This document shows positions 53,655-63,327 of a stretch of DNA of 64,000 nucleotides, piece after piece (position 1 is the stretch's first letter; every line of letters starts with the position of its first letter). The notes beneath the pieces are model-generated. The model did not search any database, was not told where the DNA came from, and saw only the letters and a program-made list of their open reading frames with translations. The DNA is from a virus, in IMG/VR virus record IMGVR_UViG_3300009788_000006, positions 18,022 to 82,021 of that record; one strand, written 5' to 3'. A program made the position numbers and the translations under genes.

Positions 53655-53960
53655 TCGATCTCGCCGGCACCGGTCCGACTCCGGCGCCGCTCTGACGTCC
53701 AGGTCCCTTGGGGGCAAGGGGAACGCTTGAGCTTACTCTCGCAAGGACTCCGGATCTGGGACCCGCAAGGGGAGCCCAGCCCCCTACCAAGGGGATAGCC
53801 GGGGTCCGTGTGGGGGAATCTCCCGCCCCCATCCCTCGTCCCTGCCCAGTAGTTACACCGGTTGCGCCCGCCCGCTAAATTCACTCCGGGGTCTAACTCT
53901 GTGTCCGGGATCCCCCGGTTCTGCAATTCCTGCCAGCCTGAACTTTCTTCTGGAAATACC

Positions 53961-53989
53961 TTGACACGGGTCGAAGGCTTGGCTATACT
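53961..53989 (+). promoter_or_regulatory. sigma70-type promoter
   Basis: TTGACA-17-TATACT. Confidence 0.8.
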
Positions 53990-54028
53990 GTGTTCAGAAG
54001 TTAGGACACCGACCAAGGAGACAAGATC

Positions 54029-54554
54029 ATGACCACCAACACCGTCCACCCTTTCAATCACATCTGCCCCGGACCCTACCGGTTTCTCGGAGTCTCTACG
54101 GTTGAATCCCGCGCCACCATCCCAGCGCGAAGCCGCTGGGATGGTGTTCACCACGAACCTGTGCGGCGGAACCTGTGACCACTGCGGCACGGCGATCTCT
54201 AACGTCTTTCGCTTCGAGGGCTCCGATGGAACGCGCTTCAAGGTCGGCTCGGTCTGCGTTGACAAGGCCGCGAAGGTGCTCGGCTCTGCCGCCCGCGCCG
54301 ATCGGGCAATCGAGAAGGCCAAGAGTGAAGCGCGCAACGCCGCGAAGGCTGGCCGTCACGCCCGGGAGGCTGCCAAGATTGAAGAGGCGGAAGCGTGGAT
54401 TACGGACCACCGCGACGAGCTGGCCTCTTGCCCTCACCCGCGCGGATTCGAGGGCCAAAGCCTGATCGACAGCATCAACTGGATGTGGGGAAACGCTGGC
54501 GTGTCCGGCAAGCTCAGAACCTACAAAGCCGCAAGGATCGCACTCGCCGCCTAA
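54029..54554 (+). pseudogene. Zn-binding phage protein with apparent +1 frameshift near 54121
   Basis: AAGGAG-preceded MTTNTVHPF...GPYRFLG is out of frame with GGTCDHCGTAI...FKVGSVCV. Confidence 0.6.
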
Positions 54555-54566
54555 AGGGAGCCAACC

Positions 54567-54866
54567 ATGAAGACCACTGCCACCCAGCTCGACAGCGCCA
54601 TCGACAACCACAGCGCCGCCATCGACAATTTCATCGGCTACGCCACCATCGACCCGGCCGGCTCGGCAGCGCGGCTGCGCTCGACCGGTGACCGGCTGAT
54701 GACGCTCTTGGCCCAGGACATGCGCGCCACGGTCGACCCGGAGATGGTCCGGATGGCCGAGTCCATGGTCGACCGCTCGGCGAAGATGCTGGACGGTTCC
54801 GGGCGCCGCTCCAACCCGCACGCGGACGCCCTCGAAACAGCCCGCGTATGGAAGAACTCGATATGA
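54567..54866 (+). CDS. Hypothetical protein
   Basis: AAGGGAG RBS. Confidence 0.65.
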   Translation: MKTTATQLDSAIDNHSAAIDNFIGYATIDPAGSAARLRSTGDRLMTLLAQDMRATVDPEMVRMAESMVDRSAKMLDGSGRRSNPHADALETARVWKNSI

Positions 54867-55303
54867 CCGATCGCGAAAAAGCTCTCAAGTTCCGCGTCAA
54901 CGGCGCCACCTACGCGGCCATCGCCGCCGCCCTCGGTTGCTCCCAGGGCAAGGCGTACTCGCTGGTCAAAAGCGACCGCCAACCAGCAGAGCCGCTGCCG
55001 CCGACGCGCCAGGCTCGTATACATCTGGCGCATGAGACCTTGGCCAAGCTGCCGGCCTACCGTGCCCCGGGGCGAGGTCGGCGATCCCAGCGCGGGAAGA
55101 TCCTGGATGCCGCCCTGGAGCTGATATCGACCTGGCATTCCCGGGAAGAGCTACGCCCCGGGAAGGAACTACGGCCATGGGTGCCGTGCGAGCTCCTCGA
55201 CGTCGCCCGCCGCCGGGTGATAGAAATCCACGGCAAGGGCCACAGCTTCCCCCGTGTTCTGGGGTGGGCGGTGGCCGAGGTTCTGAAGGAGGATCTGAGA
55301 TGA
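54863..55303 (+). CDS. HTH protein
   Basis: GATYAAIAAALGCSQGKAYSLV. Confidence 0.7.
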   Translation: MTDREKALKFRVNGATYAAIAAALGCSQGKAYSLVKSDRQPAEPLPPTRQARIHLAHETLAKLPAYRAPGRGRRSQRGKILDAALELISTWHSREELRPGKELRPWVPCELLDVARRRVIEIHGKGHSFPRVLGWAVAEVLKEDLR

Positions 55304-55539
55304 GCATTGAACGTGAAATCGGACAGGACGAGCGCGCTTGCGCCAAAGTTGCAGGCCAGAGGTGCGGCAGCGGCAAATTCGTTGACCCGCGCCATAGGTG
55401 TGGCTTGCCCACCGAGACGGAAATGAGAAGTTACGGCCTGACGATCAGAACTGCATGGCGGTGCGACTGCGGGCGGCAGTTCGAATGGGGTTGCAGCTTA
55501 GCTGACAGGGCTGCCCATTGGATAGAGTGGTCCTCATGA
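55300..55539 (+). CDS. Cys-rich small protein
   Basis: HRC...AWRCDCGRQFEW. Confidence 0.55.
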   Translation: MSIEREIGQDERACAKVAGQRCGSGKFVDPRHRCGLPTETEMRSYGLTIRTAWRCDCGRQFEWGCSLADRAAHWIEWSS

Positions 55540-56129
55540 GCACTCAAGGCGACACCCACAGCCCCGCGGCGCGGTACCTGGAGAGGTACGCAGACGTTTT
55601 AGAGCGCCGTCTTCGGCAGGCGAACGTTAGGCGAACGACAGCATGGTCTACGGAAGAGGAAGAATGGGACCAAGGTGCTGCCGAGTGCCGGGCGCTCGCC
55701 GCCCAGCTGGGATCTCAGGAGCCGGCGACCGGGGTCGATCCAGAGACCGGAATCAAGCTGACGCACCAAAGCAGGCGCGAGCGGTGGTTCGAAGACGGGA
55801 CCTGCATCAACGGCGAGGCCATGCTACACGAAGAGTGGCACAAAAACCCTCTGGCCCAGGTGGAGCGGCCTGCCGACGGCTGGGTCTACACGGACCCCGA
55901 CAGCTCGCCGCCGGACGGCTGGTACAGGTTCCGCTGGGCGACGGGTGAAGAGGTCCGCGTCAAAGAGGCCAGGACCGTCGATGGCGTCGCTGTAGTCTAC
56001 GGTATCGCCCAGCGGTGCTCGTGGAGCAGCTTTGTCGAGAACGAGGGCCGCCAGATGTGGCCGGTCCCGGTTGAGATGTACGAAGACGAGCCGATGGCCG
56101 AAGGCGGAACCGAGCACGGAGGCCGATGA
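55536..56129 (+). CDS. Hypothetical protein
   Basis: ATGA-coupled to TerL. Confidence 0.65.
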   Translation: MSTQGDTHSPAARYLERYADVLERRLRQANVRRTTAWSTEEEEWDQGAAECRALAAQLGSQEPATGVDPETGIKLTHQSRRERWFEDGTCINGEAMLHEEWHKNPLAQVERPADGWVYTDPDSSPPDGWYRFRWATGEEVRVKEARTVDGVAVVYGIAQRCSWSSFVENEGRQMWPVPVEMYEDEPMAEGGTEHGGR

Positions 56130-57760
56130 CTGAGCTCAGCTTCACTGACTCCGTCCTATCGGACTGGCGAGGAGCGCAAGCGGGGCCGCAGGCAATGTCG
56201 CCTGTCTCCCTGGCGGATCACCTACGGGAGGTTGATCCAGGTCCGCATCTAGATTGGTGGCACGTCGGCGCCATGGTCGAGGTGTGTCAGGCGGTGCTTG
56301 ATGGCGAGCTTGATCGCCTCATGATCCACGCTCCGCCGCGGTATTTCAAGTCGAGGGTAGTAGTTCAGGGGCTTGGATCGTGCTGGGTTCGCAACCACCC
56401 GGACCAGTTCGTGGCGCTGCTATTCGCGTCTGACAAGCTGGCGAAATTCCACTCGATGCACACCCGCGAAGCGGTCGAGCGTGCCGGGGTCAAGCTCCGA
56501 ACAGATTCGCACGACAAAGGGCTGTGGATGGTCGACGGCAGCCACGGCGGTCTGTGGCTGACGACGATTCGCGGGAAGCCATTGGGTTTCGGCTGGCGCC
56601 TTGGAATCGTCGATGATCCTCTAGGCAGTTACGAAGAGGCCCAAGGCGTCACCGGCCAGGAGATCGCGGAGCGCGCGTTCGACTCATTCGTGGAGCGGCA
56701 GGAAAAAGGCCAGCCGAAGCCCGTGCTGGTAGTCATGCACCAACGGTTGGCAGCTCTGGACCTGGCGGGCCGGCTCTACCAGAGGGAGATTGATAGCCGT
56801 CGGGCAGAGGGGTGGACGGTGCTCGAAATGGCAGCGGAGCGACGTCCGCGCAGGGTGGCGATGCCGGGCAGCTGCACAGTGGTTCAAGATCCGCGCGAAA
56901 ACGGTGAGGCGCTGTGTCCCGATCTCGAAGGGGTCGACGAGATCCAAGCTCGGCAGGAGCGCGACCCGGTCCGCGCCGCATCGGTAGACGGCCAGGAGCC
57001 GCTAGAGATGATGGGCGGCGGCATCTTCCGGCAATCGTGGTTCCGCCTGGTCGGCATTGGTCGAGATGATTTGGGCCGAGGTCCGCGCTTCAACGACCAG
57101 CTTGCTGTATTGAATACTCTTGTATCAGAGGGGGTTATCGCGCCCATCCGCATGCTGTTGCGAGGACATGATTTCTCGGCCGGCGGCAAGGATACGACCA
57201 CGTCGGTAGGGCTTGCGGTTCTTGAGCCGGGCCAAGGGCTCGAATATCTCTGGTTCGACATGACCGAGGATTCCCCCGCAGCCGCTGCGGTCGAAGGTAA
57301 AGCGTTGAGCAACGCATTGCGCGACGATACGGACGTAGAGCAGGTGATCCCGAACGAAGTCGGCACCGGCGGCACCTTGTCCGCGTCGCTTGCCGGCCAG
57401 ATGCGAAAGCTTCGCTACACCGTCCACGTTCAGCCGCAGCGCCGCGGCAAGCGCGTCCGGGCAATGCCGCATGCCGGCGCAGCTGCGCCCCTGTGCCGTG
57501 GCTGCGGAGCCTTGGTGGTGTCGCCAGCGGAACGCCGCTCGATGTCTGGATCAGATCTTTGTGGCTGTGGTTCGCCGGACGTGACTCTTGGGAAGGTCGG
57601 CGTCTTGTCCGGCCCGCTGGCCGACCGGTTCGTCTCGGAGCACCACGAATTTACTGGCGAGGAAGGCGGCCGAGACAATCTGGTGGACGCTGCCGCGTTG
57701 GCCTACCTCGTTGCTATCTCAGTGCCCGCGGTCAAGCCCCGTGACTGGAGCAGCTTTTGA
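56126..57760 (+). CDS. terL: Terminase large subunit
   Basis: RLMIHAPPRYFKS Walker A, GIVDDP Walker B, VVMHQR coupling motif, HDFSA and DNLVDA nuclease residues. Confidence 0.9.
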   Translation: MTELSFTDSVLSDWRGAQAGPQAMSPVSLADHLREVDPGPHLDWWHVGAMVEVCQAVLDGELDRLMIHAPPRYFKSRVVVQGLGSCWVRNHPDQFVALLFASDKLAKFHSMHTREAVERAGVKLRTDSHDKGLWMVDGSHGGLWLTTIRGKPLGFGWRLGIVDDPLGSYEEAQGVTGQEIAERAFDSFVERQEKGQPKPVLVVMHQRLAALDLAGRLYQREIDSRRAEGWTVLEMAAERRPRRVAMPGSCTVVQDPRENGEALCPDLEGVDEIQARQERDPVRAASVDGQEPLEMMGGGIFRQSWFRLVGIGRDDLGRGPRFNDQLAVLNTLVSEGVIAPIRMLLRGHDFSAGGKDTTTSVGLAVLEPGQGLEYLWFDMTEDSPAAAAVEGKALSNALRDDTDVEQVIPNEVGTGGTLSASLAGQMRKLRYTVHVQPQRRGKRVRAMPHAGAAAPLCRGCGALVVSPAERRSMSGSDLCGCGSPDVTLGKVGVLSGPLADRFVSEHHEFTGEEGGRDNLVDAAALAYLVAISVPAVKPRDWSSF

Positions 57761-57785
57761 CGCGCCGCGGTGAACCTGTTACAAT
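57757..57785 (+). promoter_or_regulatory. sigma70-type promoter (leaderless gene)
   Basis: TTGACG-17-TACAAT with ATG 6 nt downstream. Confidence 0.7.
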
Positions 57786-57791
57786 CTCACC

Positions 57792-58196
57792 ATGAAAGAG
57801 ATTAAGCTTAAGGTCCGCTCCGGGATGCCCGGCGCCTCCAAGGCGGACAGCCAAGCGGACGTGGTCGAAAAGATCGCCCAGTTCGTGGAAGATTCCGACT
57901 ATGATCGCCGGTCTGCGGACAAAGGAGAGTGGAGTTGTCACTCGCTGGCAGAAGAGATCCGCGAGAGGTGGGCTGGCAATTCTCAGATCACGCCGGGCCA
58001 CCTACAGGGATATCTCGGCGTCAATGGCTGGGAGTGGCTCGGAGAAATCTGGAGGACCGGGGGGATATTCGGTCCACAGGTGGCGGTCACTTCACACCAA
58101 GAGGATGTAGAGCGGGAGATTTTCATACTCGCGAAAGCTGAAGGCAGGACGGTCGCCGATCTCAAAGCCGCTATCCGGACGGTGACCAGGACATAA
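57792..58196 (+). CDS. Hypothetical protein
   Basis: Follows the promoter. Confidence 0.6.
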   Translation: MKEIKLKVRSGMPGASKADSQADVVEKIAQFVEDSDYDRRSADKGEWSCHSLAEEIRERWAGNSQITPGHLQGYLGVNGWEWLGEIWRTGGIFGPQVAVTSHQEDVEREIFILAKAEGRTVADLKAAIRTVTRT

Positions 58197-58219
58197 CGCC
58201 CGCCCATTGAGGAGGAAGA

Positions 58220-58588
58220 ATGAGCACCATCACAGAAGGCAAGAAAAAGAAGGGCGCGCAGAATAACCCGCCGCCGACACGGCGCCCGGCGCCGCCAGTT
58301 GGCCAGGATGGGTTGGGGCGCGACCTGGAGGAGTCCTTCATCCATTCAAACCCCAGGCCCTCCTCAAAGGCGCCGTTGGGATACCAGCCAACGTCAGCGC
58401 CTACGAACCCGGCTCCCCCTAGAGGTGGTTCGGGGGCGGTGCGCGATCCAGAAAAGTCCTCATCCACAAGCCGGGAAGCCGTCATAGATGAGGTGGCAAT
58501 CTGGCTGGGGACGTCCTATAGTCTCGATGCGGAGCGAGCGGTCCGTGGGCACTTCGGACGTCCACAGCGTGGGTGCTTGGTCAGATGA
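58220..58588 (+). CDS. Pro-rich hypothetical protein
   Basis: GAGGAGG RBS. Confidence 0.55.
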   Translation: MSTITEGKKKKGAQNNPPPTRRPAPPVGQDGLGRDLEESFIHSNPRPSSKAPLGYQPTSAPTNPAPPRGGSGAVRDPEKSSSTSREAVIDEVAIWLGTSYSLDAERAVRGHFGRPQRGCLVR

Positions 58589-58824
58589 AGAGCGCAACCG
58601 GCAAGACCGGATACCGCCTCGTCCTCCAGCTGATCGAGGAGAAGGGGTCTTCGCGGACCGAGATTCTCCACCGCGAACTGGCCGTTTTCCCGCAACGAAA
58701 AGATGGCAAAGACGCAGAGCAATACCGCTGGGTGGCGACCGACTGTTTCTGGGAGGTTGCGAGCCCGATTGAGCGCTGTGAGAGCGCTCAGAACTACCCC
58801 GGAGCCTACGTTCCGCCATGTTGA
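58585..58824 (+). CDS. Hypothetical protein
   Basis: ATGA-coupled. Confidence 0.5.
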   Translation: MKSATGKTGYRLVLQLIEEKGSSRTEILHRELAVFPQRKDGKDAEQYRWVATDCFWEVASPIERCESAQNYPGAYVPPC

Positions 58825-59024
58825 CTGCCGCTCTGATCCTGCTGCTCGTCGGCGGTCTCGCCCTGGTCGCATGGGCGCTGGTGGCCGTGACCGGCTGGTG
58901 GATGTGGCCGCTCTGCGGCGGCGCGGTGAGCATCGCGCTTGCCCTGATCGTCATCGGGCGGGACAGGCTTCGGACGATCTGGGCGCAAGGGCTGCGCGCC
59001 GTGATCCGAGGAGAGAAGCGATGA
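58818..59024 (+). CDS. Two-TM membrane protein
   Basis: Two hydrophobic helices. Confidence 0.6.
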   Translation: MLTAALILLLVGGLALVAWALVAVTGWWMWPLCGGAVSIALALIVIGRDRLRTIWAQGLRAVIRGEKR

Positions 59025-59209
59025 AAGTTTCATATGAAACGTCGATAGGGGCTGTGACTGAATTCACGGTAGCGGGCCGTCGAGAAACTGGCGAGATTCT
59101 CAAATCCAACTCGCTGACGGTGTGGGTTCGGTGGCAAGGCAAGGCGATCAAGCGACACCGGAGGAAGCATGGTGTCGCCACCGCTCTGCCGCTGTCGCGG
59201 AAGGTGTAG
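59021..59209 (+). CDS. Small basic protein
   Basis: GAGGAG RBS; TVWVR...IKRHRRKH. Confidence 0.55.
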   Translation: MKVSYETSIGAVTEFTVAGRRETGEILKSNSLTVWVRWQGKAIKRHRRKHGVATALPLSRKV

Positions 59210-59221
59210 TACACTGGGCTC

Positions 59222-60583
59222 ATGCCATTCTGGAAAAACCTCGACGCCGCCACCGCAGAATACAAAGCTGGCTCTGCGTATGTTCCCCGTACTACATTCT
59301 TAGGTGTTGGGGAGAAAACCGTCCTCAAGGGAGATCTAGGCGACGGCAAGAAGGCGATCAAGGAAGGTTATCTAGGATCGACCTGGGTCTATCGGTGCGT
59401 CCGCCGGAAGCAGGACATGGTGGCGAAGCTCCGCTGGATGGTCCGGACCTACGCCGCCGACGGCACGTTCACCGACGATTTCGAGCACGCTGCCGGCATG
59501 AAGATCAACCACATGGGGCTCGCTCTCCCTTCGTGGCACAACATGCACCGGGCAACCGGTTTCCTGTCCGTCACCGGGAACTCGATCTTCGGGCTCTTCG
59601 GTCCCGGGATCAGCAGCGATGGAGCATCCTTTGACCCGGTGGAATTCAGGGAATCCCCGCGCTCCGAGATGCGTACAGAGTCGCCTGTCGGGGTCGACCC
59701 CATCGAAGATGATAGCGGCGGGGTCCTAGAGTACAAGCTCAACCCACCTCGCGGGCCGGCCGGGAGGATTAAATCGTGGTCTCCCGAGACGATTTTGCAT
59801 GTGATGCTCCCGAGCTTGTCCGACACGGGCCTCTGGGGGCAGTCTGAGCTGGAGGCCTTGGCGCTGGCGGTCGACACCGACGCCGCCGGCCATCAGTGGA
59901 ACCTCGACAGCTACGGCGCTGGCGGCATGCCTGCCTGGATGATGGTCGACTACTCGCTGGCAGAGGGCAGCGTCAAGAAAGCCCGCGCCGACCTCGAAGA
60001 CCGATTCAGGAGTCGTGGCCGGTCGCGCATCCCTTGGCTGGTCGGTGGCCAGCGCGACCAGAGCGGGAAGCCGGACATCGAGCTCCACAAGCTTGGCGCC
60101 GATGCGCAGGAAATGGACTGGCTCAACGGCCTGGGCTTGGCTCGCGATGAGATCGTCGGTGGGTTGGGCTTCCACCCCGCATCGTTCTCGAAGGAACACA
60201 CGACGCGCGACAACGCCCGCCAGGCCAACCGGCAAGCCTGGGAGCAAGGCGCATTCCCGTTGATCGAGGCGTTCTCGGCCTGGTTCTCGATGAAGCTCCT
60301 CACGCCCGAGGAGCGGCTTTCGGGCATGGTCATCGTCCCGGATATCCGGGGCGTCCGCGAGCTCCAGGAGGATGCCGCGATCGTCGCCACGGCGTTCTCG
60401 AATCTCGTCGGCCCGAACAAGCTCAGCCCGGCCGACGGTGCGAAGGTCACTGGCTTGACGCTCGACACGGACGAACACCCGGAGTATGAAGAGCCGCTCC
60501 GGACGCTGAATGCGAAGCCGCTTGCTGATCCGGGCGGCGGCCCGCCCCCGATCCCAGACGAGGAGGGTACGGCAGGTGGCTGA
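59222..60583 (+). CDS. Portal protein (HK97-like)
   Basis: STWVYRCV, TGNS, ETILH, GQSELEAL, EMDWL...RDEIVGGLG. Confidence 0.85.
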   Translation: MPFWKNLDAATAEYKAGSAYVPRTTFLGVGEKTVLKGDLGDGKKAIKEGYLGSTWVYRCVRRKQDMVAKLRWMVRTYAADGTFTDDFEHAAGMKINHMGLALPSWHNMHRATGFLSVTGNSIFGLFGPGISSDGASFDPVEFRESPRSEMRTESPVGVDPIEDDSGGVLEYKLNPPRGPAGRIKSWSPETILHVMLPSLSDTGLWGQSELEALALAVDTDAAGHQWNLDSYGAGGMPAWMMVDYSLAEGSVKKARADLEDRFRSRGRSRIPWLVGGQRDQSGKPDIELHKLGADAQEMDWLNGLGLARDEIVGGLGFHPASFSKEHTTRDNARQANRQAWEQGAFPLIEAFSAWFSMKLLTPEERLSGMVIVPDIRGVRELQEDAAIVATAFSNLVGPNKLSPADGAKVTGLTLDTDEHPEYEEPLRTLNAKPLADPGGGPPPIPDEEGTAGG

Positions 60584-60691
60584 AACCGACTGCACGGCGC
60601 GGGTCTTCGTCGCGCGGTGTCTTCGGACGATATCAACGCCAGAGTCCACCATTCCGACGTCCGTGAAATTCTTCACCGCAGGGGAAAAGCC

Positions 60692-60910
60692 ATGACAACA
60701 AGCAATGCCGAAGCCGCGTCGATGACGGTCGGCCTGTTGATTCTGGCGAAGTCCAGGCCGCGGATTCTGAGCCGCCAGCTCTTCCGCCTTCTGGCGGTCG
60801 CCGTAGAGAAGGAGATGCCCGGCAGCGTCAAGCTCGACCCGAAGAGGATCGAGTGGCCCGAGGGCGCCGCCACCTACTGCGCGCAGCCTCTCCCAGAATG
60901 GACGATGTAG
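60692..60910 (+). CDS. Hypothetical protein
   Basis: AGGGGA RBS. Confidence 0.5.
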   Translation: MTTSNAEAASMTVGLLILAKSRPRILSRQLFRLLAVAVEKEMPGSVKLDPKRIEWPEGAATYCAQPLPEWTM

Positions 60911-60923
60911 AGAAGGAGATGAG

Positions 60924-61241
60924 GTGAAGGTCAAGCCATGGCAGCCCGTCTTCCTTGACGAAGCAGACCGGAAGCCGGCTGGATGGATGACGGGTTATGT
61001 TGATTCGCGGGCCAGTTCCTTCTATTGGCACAAACAAGAGTCGGCCGATATTGGAATTCTTCGGCGGGGTCAAGATCCGGCTCCGTTGCCGGCCGCAAAG
61101 TCTATGCTCAGAACCACGAGATACCACAGCACCGGCGAGGCGGTTCGCCCGGTGGATTGCTGGATAGCCGCCAAGGGCGTGCCGGACGACGCCAGATTCT
61201 ACAGGCCCAGCGGGTCGAGGAGGATCTATGGGCGGTGTTAA
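60924..61241 (+). CDS. Hypothetical protein
   Basis: AAGGAG/GAGG RBS. Confidence 0.5.
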   Translation: MKVKPWQPVFLDEADRKPAGWMTGYVDSRASSFYWHKQESADIGILRRGQDPAPLPAAKSMLRTTRYHSTGEAVRPVDCWIAAKGVPDDARFYRPSGSRRIYGRC

Positions 61242-61482
61242 GATCGCCAGGTGCAAGAGGTGTAGGTCTTCGCGATGCCCTGGGCGTTTTGGTGACGTAC
61301 TGGCTACGTGCTGGACGGCTCGTGGCTTCATCCGTATCGCCGGCATGTTCCAGGCGGACAGCGAATACTGCCCGATCACTACGATCCATGACCCACCTCT
61401 GCGGGATACGTGCGGCAGCGAGGCCCAGGCTATCTACGACAAACTCTACGAGGACCACCCGGTCTTTCAACAGCGCCGGTAA
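61228..61482 (+). CDS. Cys-rich hypothetical protein
   Basis: GAGGAG RBS; CKRC...C. Confidence 0.5.
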   Translation: MGGVKIARCKRCRSSRCPGRFGDVLATCWTARGFIRIAGMFQADSEYCPITTIHDPPLRDTCGSEAQAIYDKLYEDHPVFQQRR

Positions 61483-61496
61483 AAAGGGGGCTCGCG

Positions 61497-62492
61497 GTGG
61501 CCGCTGTAGACTACGCCGAGGACGCCGCCCACTTTGAGCTGCTGCTGGGCTTGATCGCCCAGCTCGTCGAGGACGAAATGGCGATCATCGCCCGCGAGAT
61601 CAGCAAGCGTCAGCGGGCCGCGACTCTTGCTGACCTCGCCGCGGTCTTCGAGACCGGCCGCAAGAGCTTCGACCCCGCGCTGATCTGGGAGAGGCTCCGC
61701 GAGTTGCTGTCACCAGCTCAAGCGGGCGCCGCTGTCGGGCTCGTGATCGGGAACGCCGTTGAACGCACGGTCGAAGTCACCGGTCCGCCGATGACCGCGT
61801 TTACCGTTGGACGCACCGGCGTTGACCTGGACTTCGAGGATATCGCTGAGTCGGCCCGGCTGTGGGCGGTGGCACAGTCTCGGAATCTGATCGCCGAGAT
61901 GTCCGCCGCGCAACCCGGCTTGCTCAGGGCCATGCTCGATCTCATCGCGGCCGAGGATCTCGATCCGGTTGACGCCGCGCGGCTGATCCGCGGGGCGCTG
62001 GGTCTGAGCGCCTCTCAGGCACAGGCACTCTTCAACGCCAATCAGGACTGGATGGCGATGCAGGCCGCCGGCAAGATCACCACCACCAAGCGGCGGCAAC
62101 TTCTCGCGACCTACAGGGAGCGGCTCATCGCCCACCGGTCCGAACGGCTGGCCAAGGATTGGGTGGCGCGCGCGGCCAACGAAGGGCAGCGGCGGATCTG
62201 GACCGGTATGGCCACGGCTGCTCCCGAGCTCGCCAGCGCATGGGAGCGGCGTAGCGTCGGCATCCTGAGCGGCAACATCTGCCCGTACTGCTACGAGCGC
62301 CACGGCTGGCGGGCACCGATCGGCGGAGCGTATGAGGACGGGTCGAACGGCCCGCCCTGGCCGCATGCCGCTGGCGGTGGTACTTACGGCTGCCGCTGTA
62401 CCGAGGAGCTCGTCGAGGTCGGGTCTTCCGAGGACGGCAAACCGCCGTTTATCACGCCTAGCGGTGGCGGGTCCTTGCGGCCGATGGTTTAG
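61497..62492 (+). CDS. Head morphogenesis (MuF-like) protein
   Basis: RSERLAK...ANEGQR...ICPYC...PPWPH...GCRC. Confidence 0.8.
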   Translation: MAAVDYAEDAAHFELLLGLIAQLVEDEMAIIAREISKRQRAATLADLAAVFETGRKSFDPALIWERLRELLSPAQAGAAVGLVIGNAVERTVEVTGPPMTAFTVGRTGVDLDFEDIAESARLWAVAQSRNLIAEMSAAQPGLLRAMLDLIAAEDLDPVDAARLIRGALGLSASQAQALFNANQDWMAMQAAGKITTTKRRQLLATYRERLIAHRSERLAKDWVARAANEGQRRIWTGMATAAPELASAWERRSVGILSGNICPYCYERHGWRAPIGGAYEDGSNGPPWPHAAGGGTYGCRCTEELVEVGSSEDGKPPFITPSGGGSLRPMV

Positions 62493-62519
62493 ACTCAGGT
62501 CACCAGAAGGAGAAAAGGT

Positions 62520-62795
62520 ATGAAGCAGATCAGGCTTTTCGACGTCCCAATCAGCTGCCCGGCGGCAGCGTTTCTGAGCGGTTGGATTGGCGGCTTGCTT
62601 TTCGTTGCAGGGCTTACAGTCTCAGGCTGGCTCCTTATTCCAGGCTCGGCCTTGGCGGGCATCGGATGCTGGATGACGCTTTTCGCCGAAACCCAGATCG
62701 AAGACGGCTGGAAGGCAATCCACGGCGATGCCTGCCCTCTCGTCGGTTTCGGTTCTGAGCCTTGGCGAACGGGCCGCTCGGTCCCGGGCGGGTAG
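62520..62795 (+). CDS. Two-TM membrane protein
   Basis: AAGGAG RBS; hydrophobic. Confidence 0.6.
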   Translation: MKQIRLFDVPISCPAAAFLSGWIGGLLFVAGLTVSGWLLIPGSALAGIGCWMTLFAETQIEDGWKAIHGDACPLVGFGSEPWRTGRSVPGG

Positions 62796-62862
62796 GGGCA
62801 GGTTTTCGCTTGCGTCCCGTGCTGGCGGTGCGCTACGGTCGAAGATCAAAGGAGGTCCAAGC

Positions 62863-63324
62863 ATGAACGACGAGTTGCTGTCTACGCGCCAGAAAGTCTT
62901 GTACGCGCTCACCTGCGGGACGGGTATTGCGTGGGGCATAGGTATCGTGGTGGTCTTGGCTGTCTTGATCTACGCCCTCGATGCCAAGGCCGTCATCCCC
63001 AGCACCCCGTCGATCGACGCCTTCACTGAGTCCGCGATCGACAACACGGACTCGCTGTGGTACCACCTCCGGGGCGAGTATGCGTGCTTCATCTGGGGCA
63101 CCTGGGACACTGCTACCGCTGGCATTGAGACCCTCGTTTCCGGCACGACCACCACACCGACCAAGCTGCTGGACGTTGCTCCGGCCGGCCTGGTCGGGCT
63201 CACCGCGGACATGACGGCGTTCGTAGCGCTCCGGGCAGGGATCGGATACTACCGCCTGAAAGTCGTCAACGGCAACGGCTCGGAATCTCTGAGCTTGCAG
63301 TGCCGGCTGATTCCTGTGGGGTGA
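62863..63324 (+). CDS. Membrane-anchored beta-sandwich protein
   Basis: N-terminal TM, then IWGTWDTATAGIE...YYRLKV. Confidence 0.65.
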   Translation: MNDELLSTRQKVLYALTCGTGIAWGIGIVVVLAVLIYALDAKAVIPSTPSIDAFTESAIDNTDSLWYHLRGEYACFIWGTWDTATAGIETLVSGTTTTPTKLLDVAPAGLVGLTADMTAFVALRAGIGYYRLKVVNGNGSESLSLQCRLIPVG

Positions 63325-63327
63325 GAA

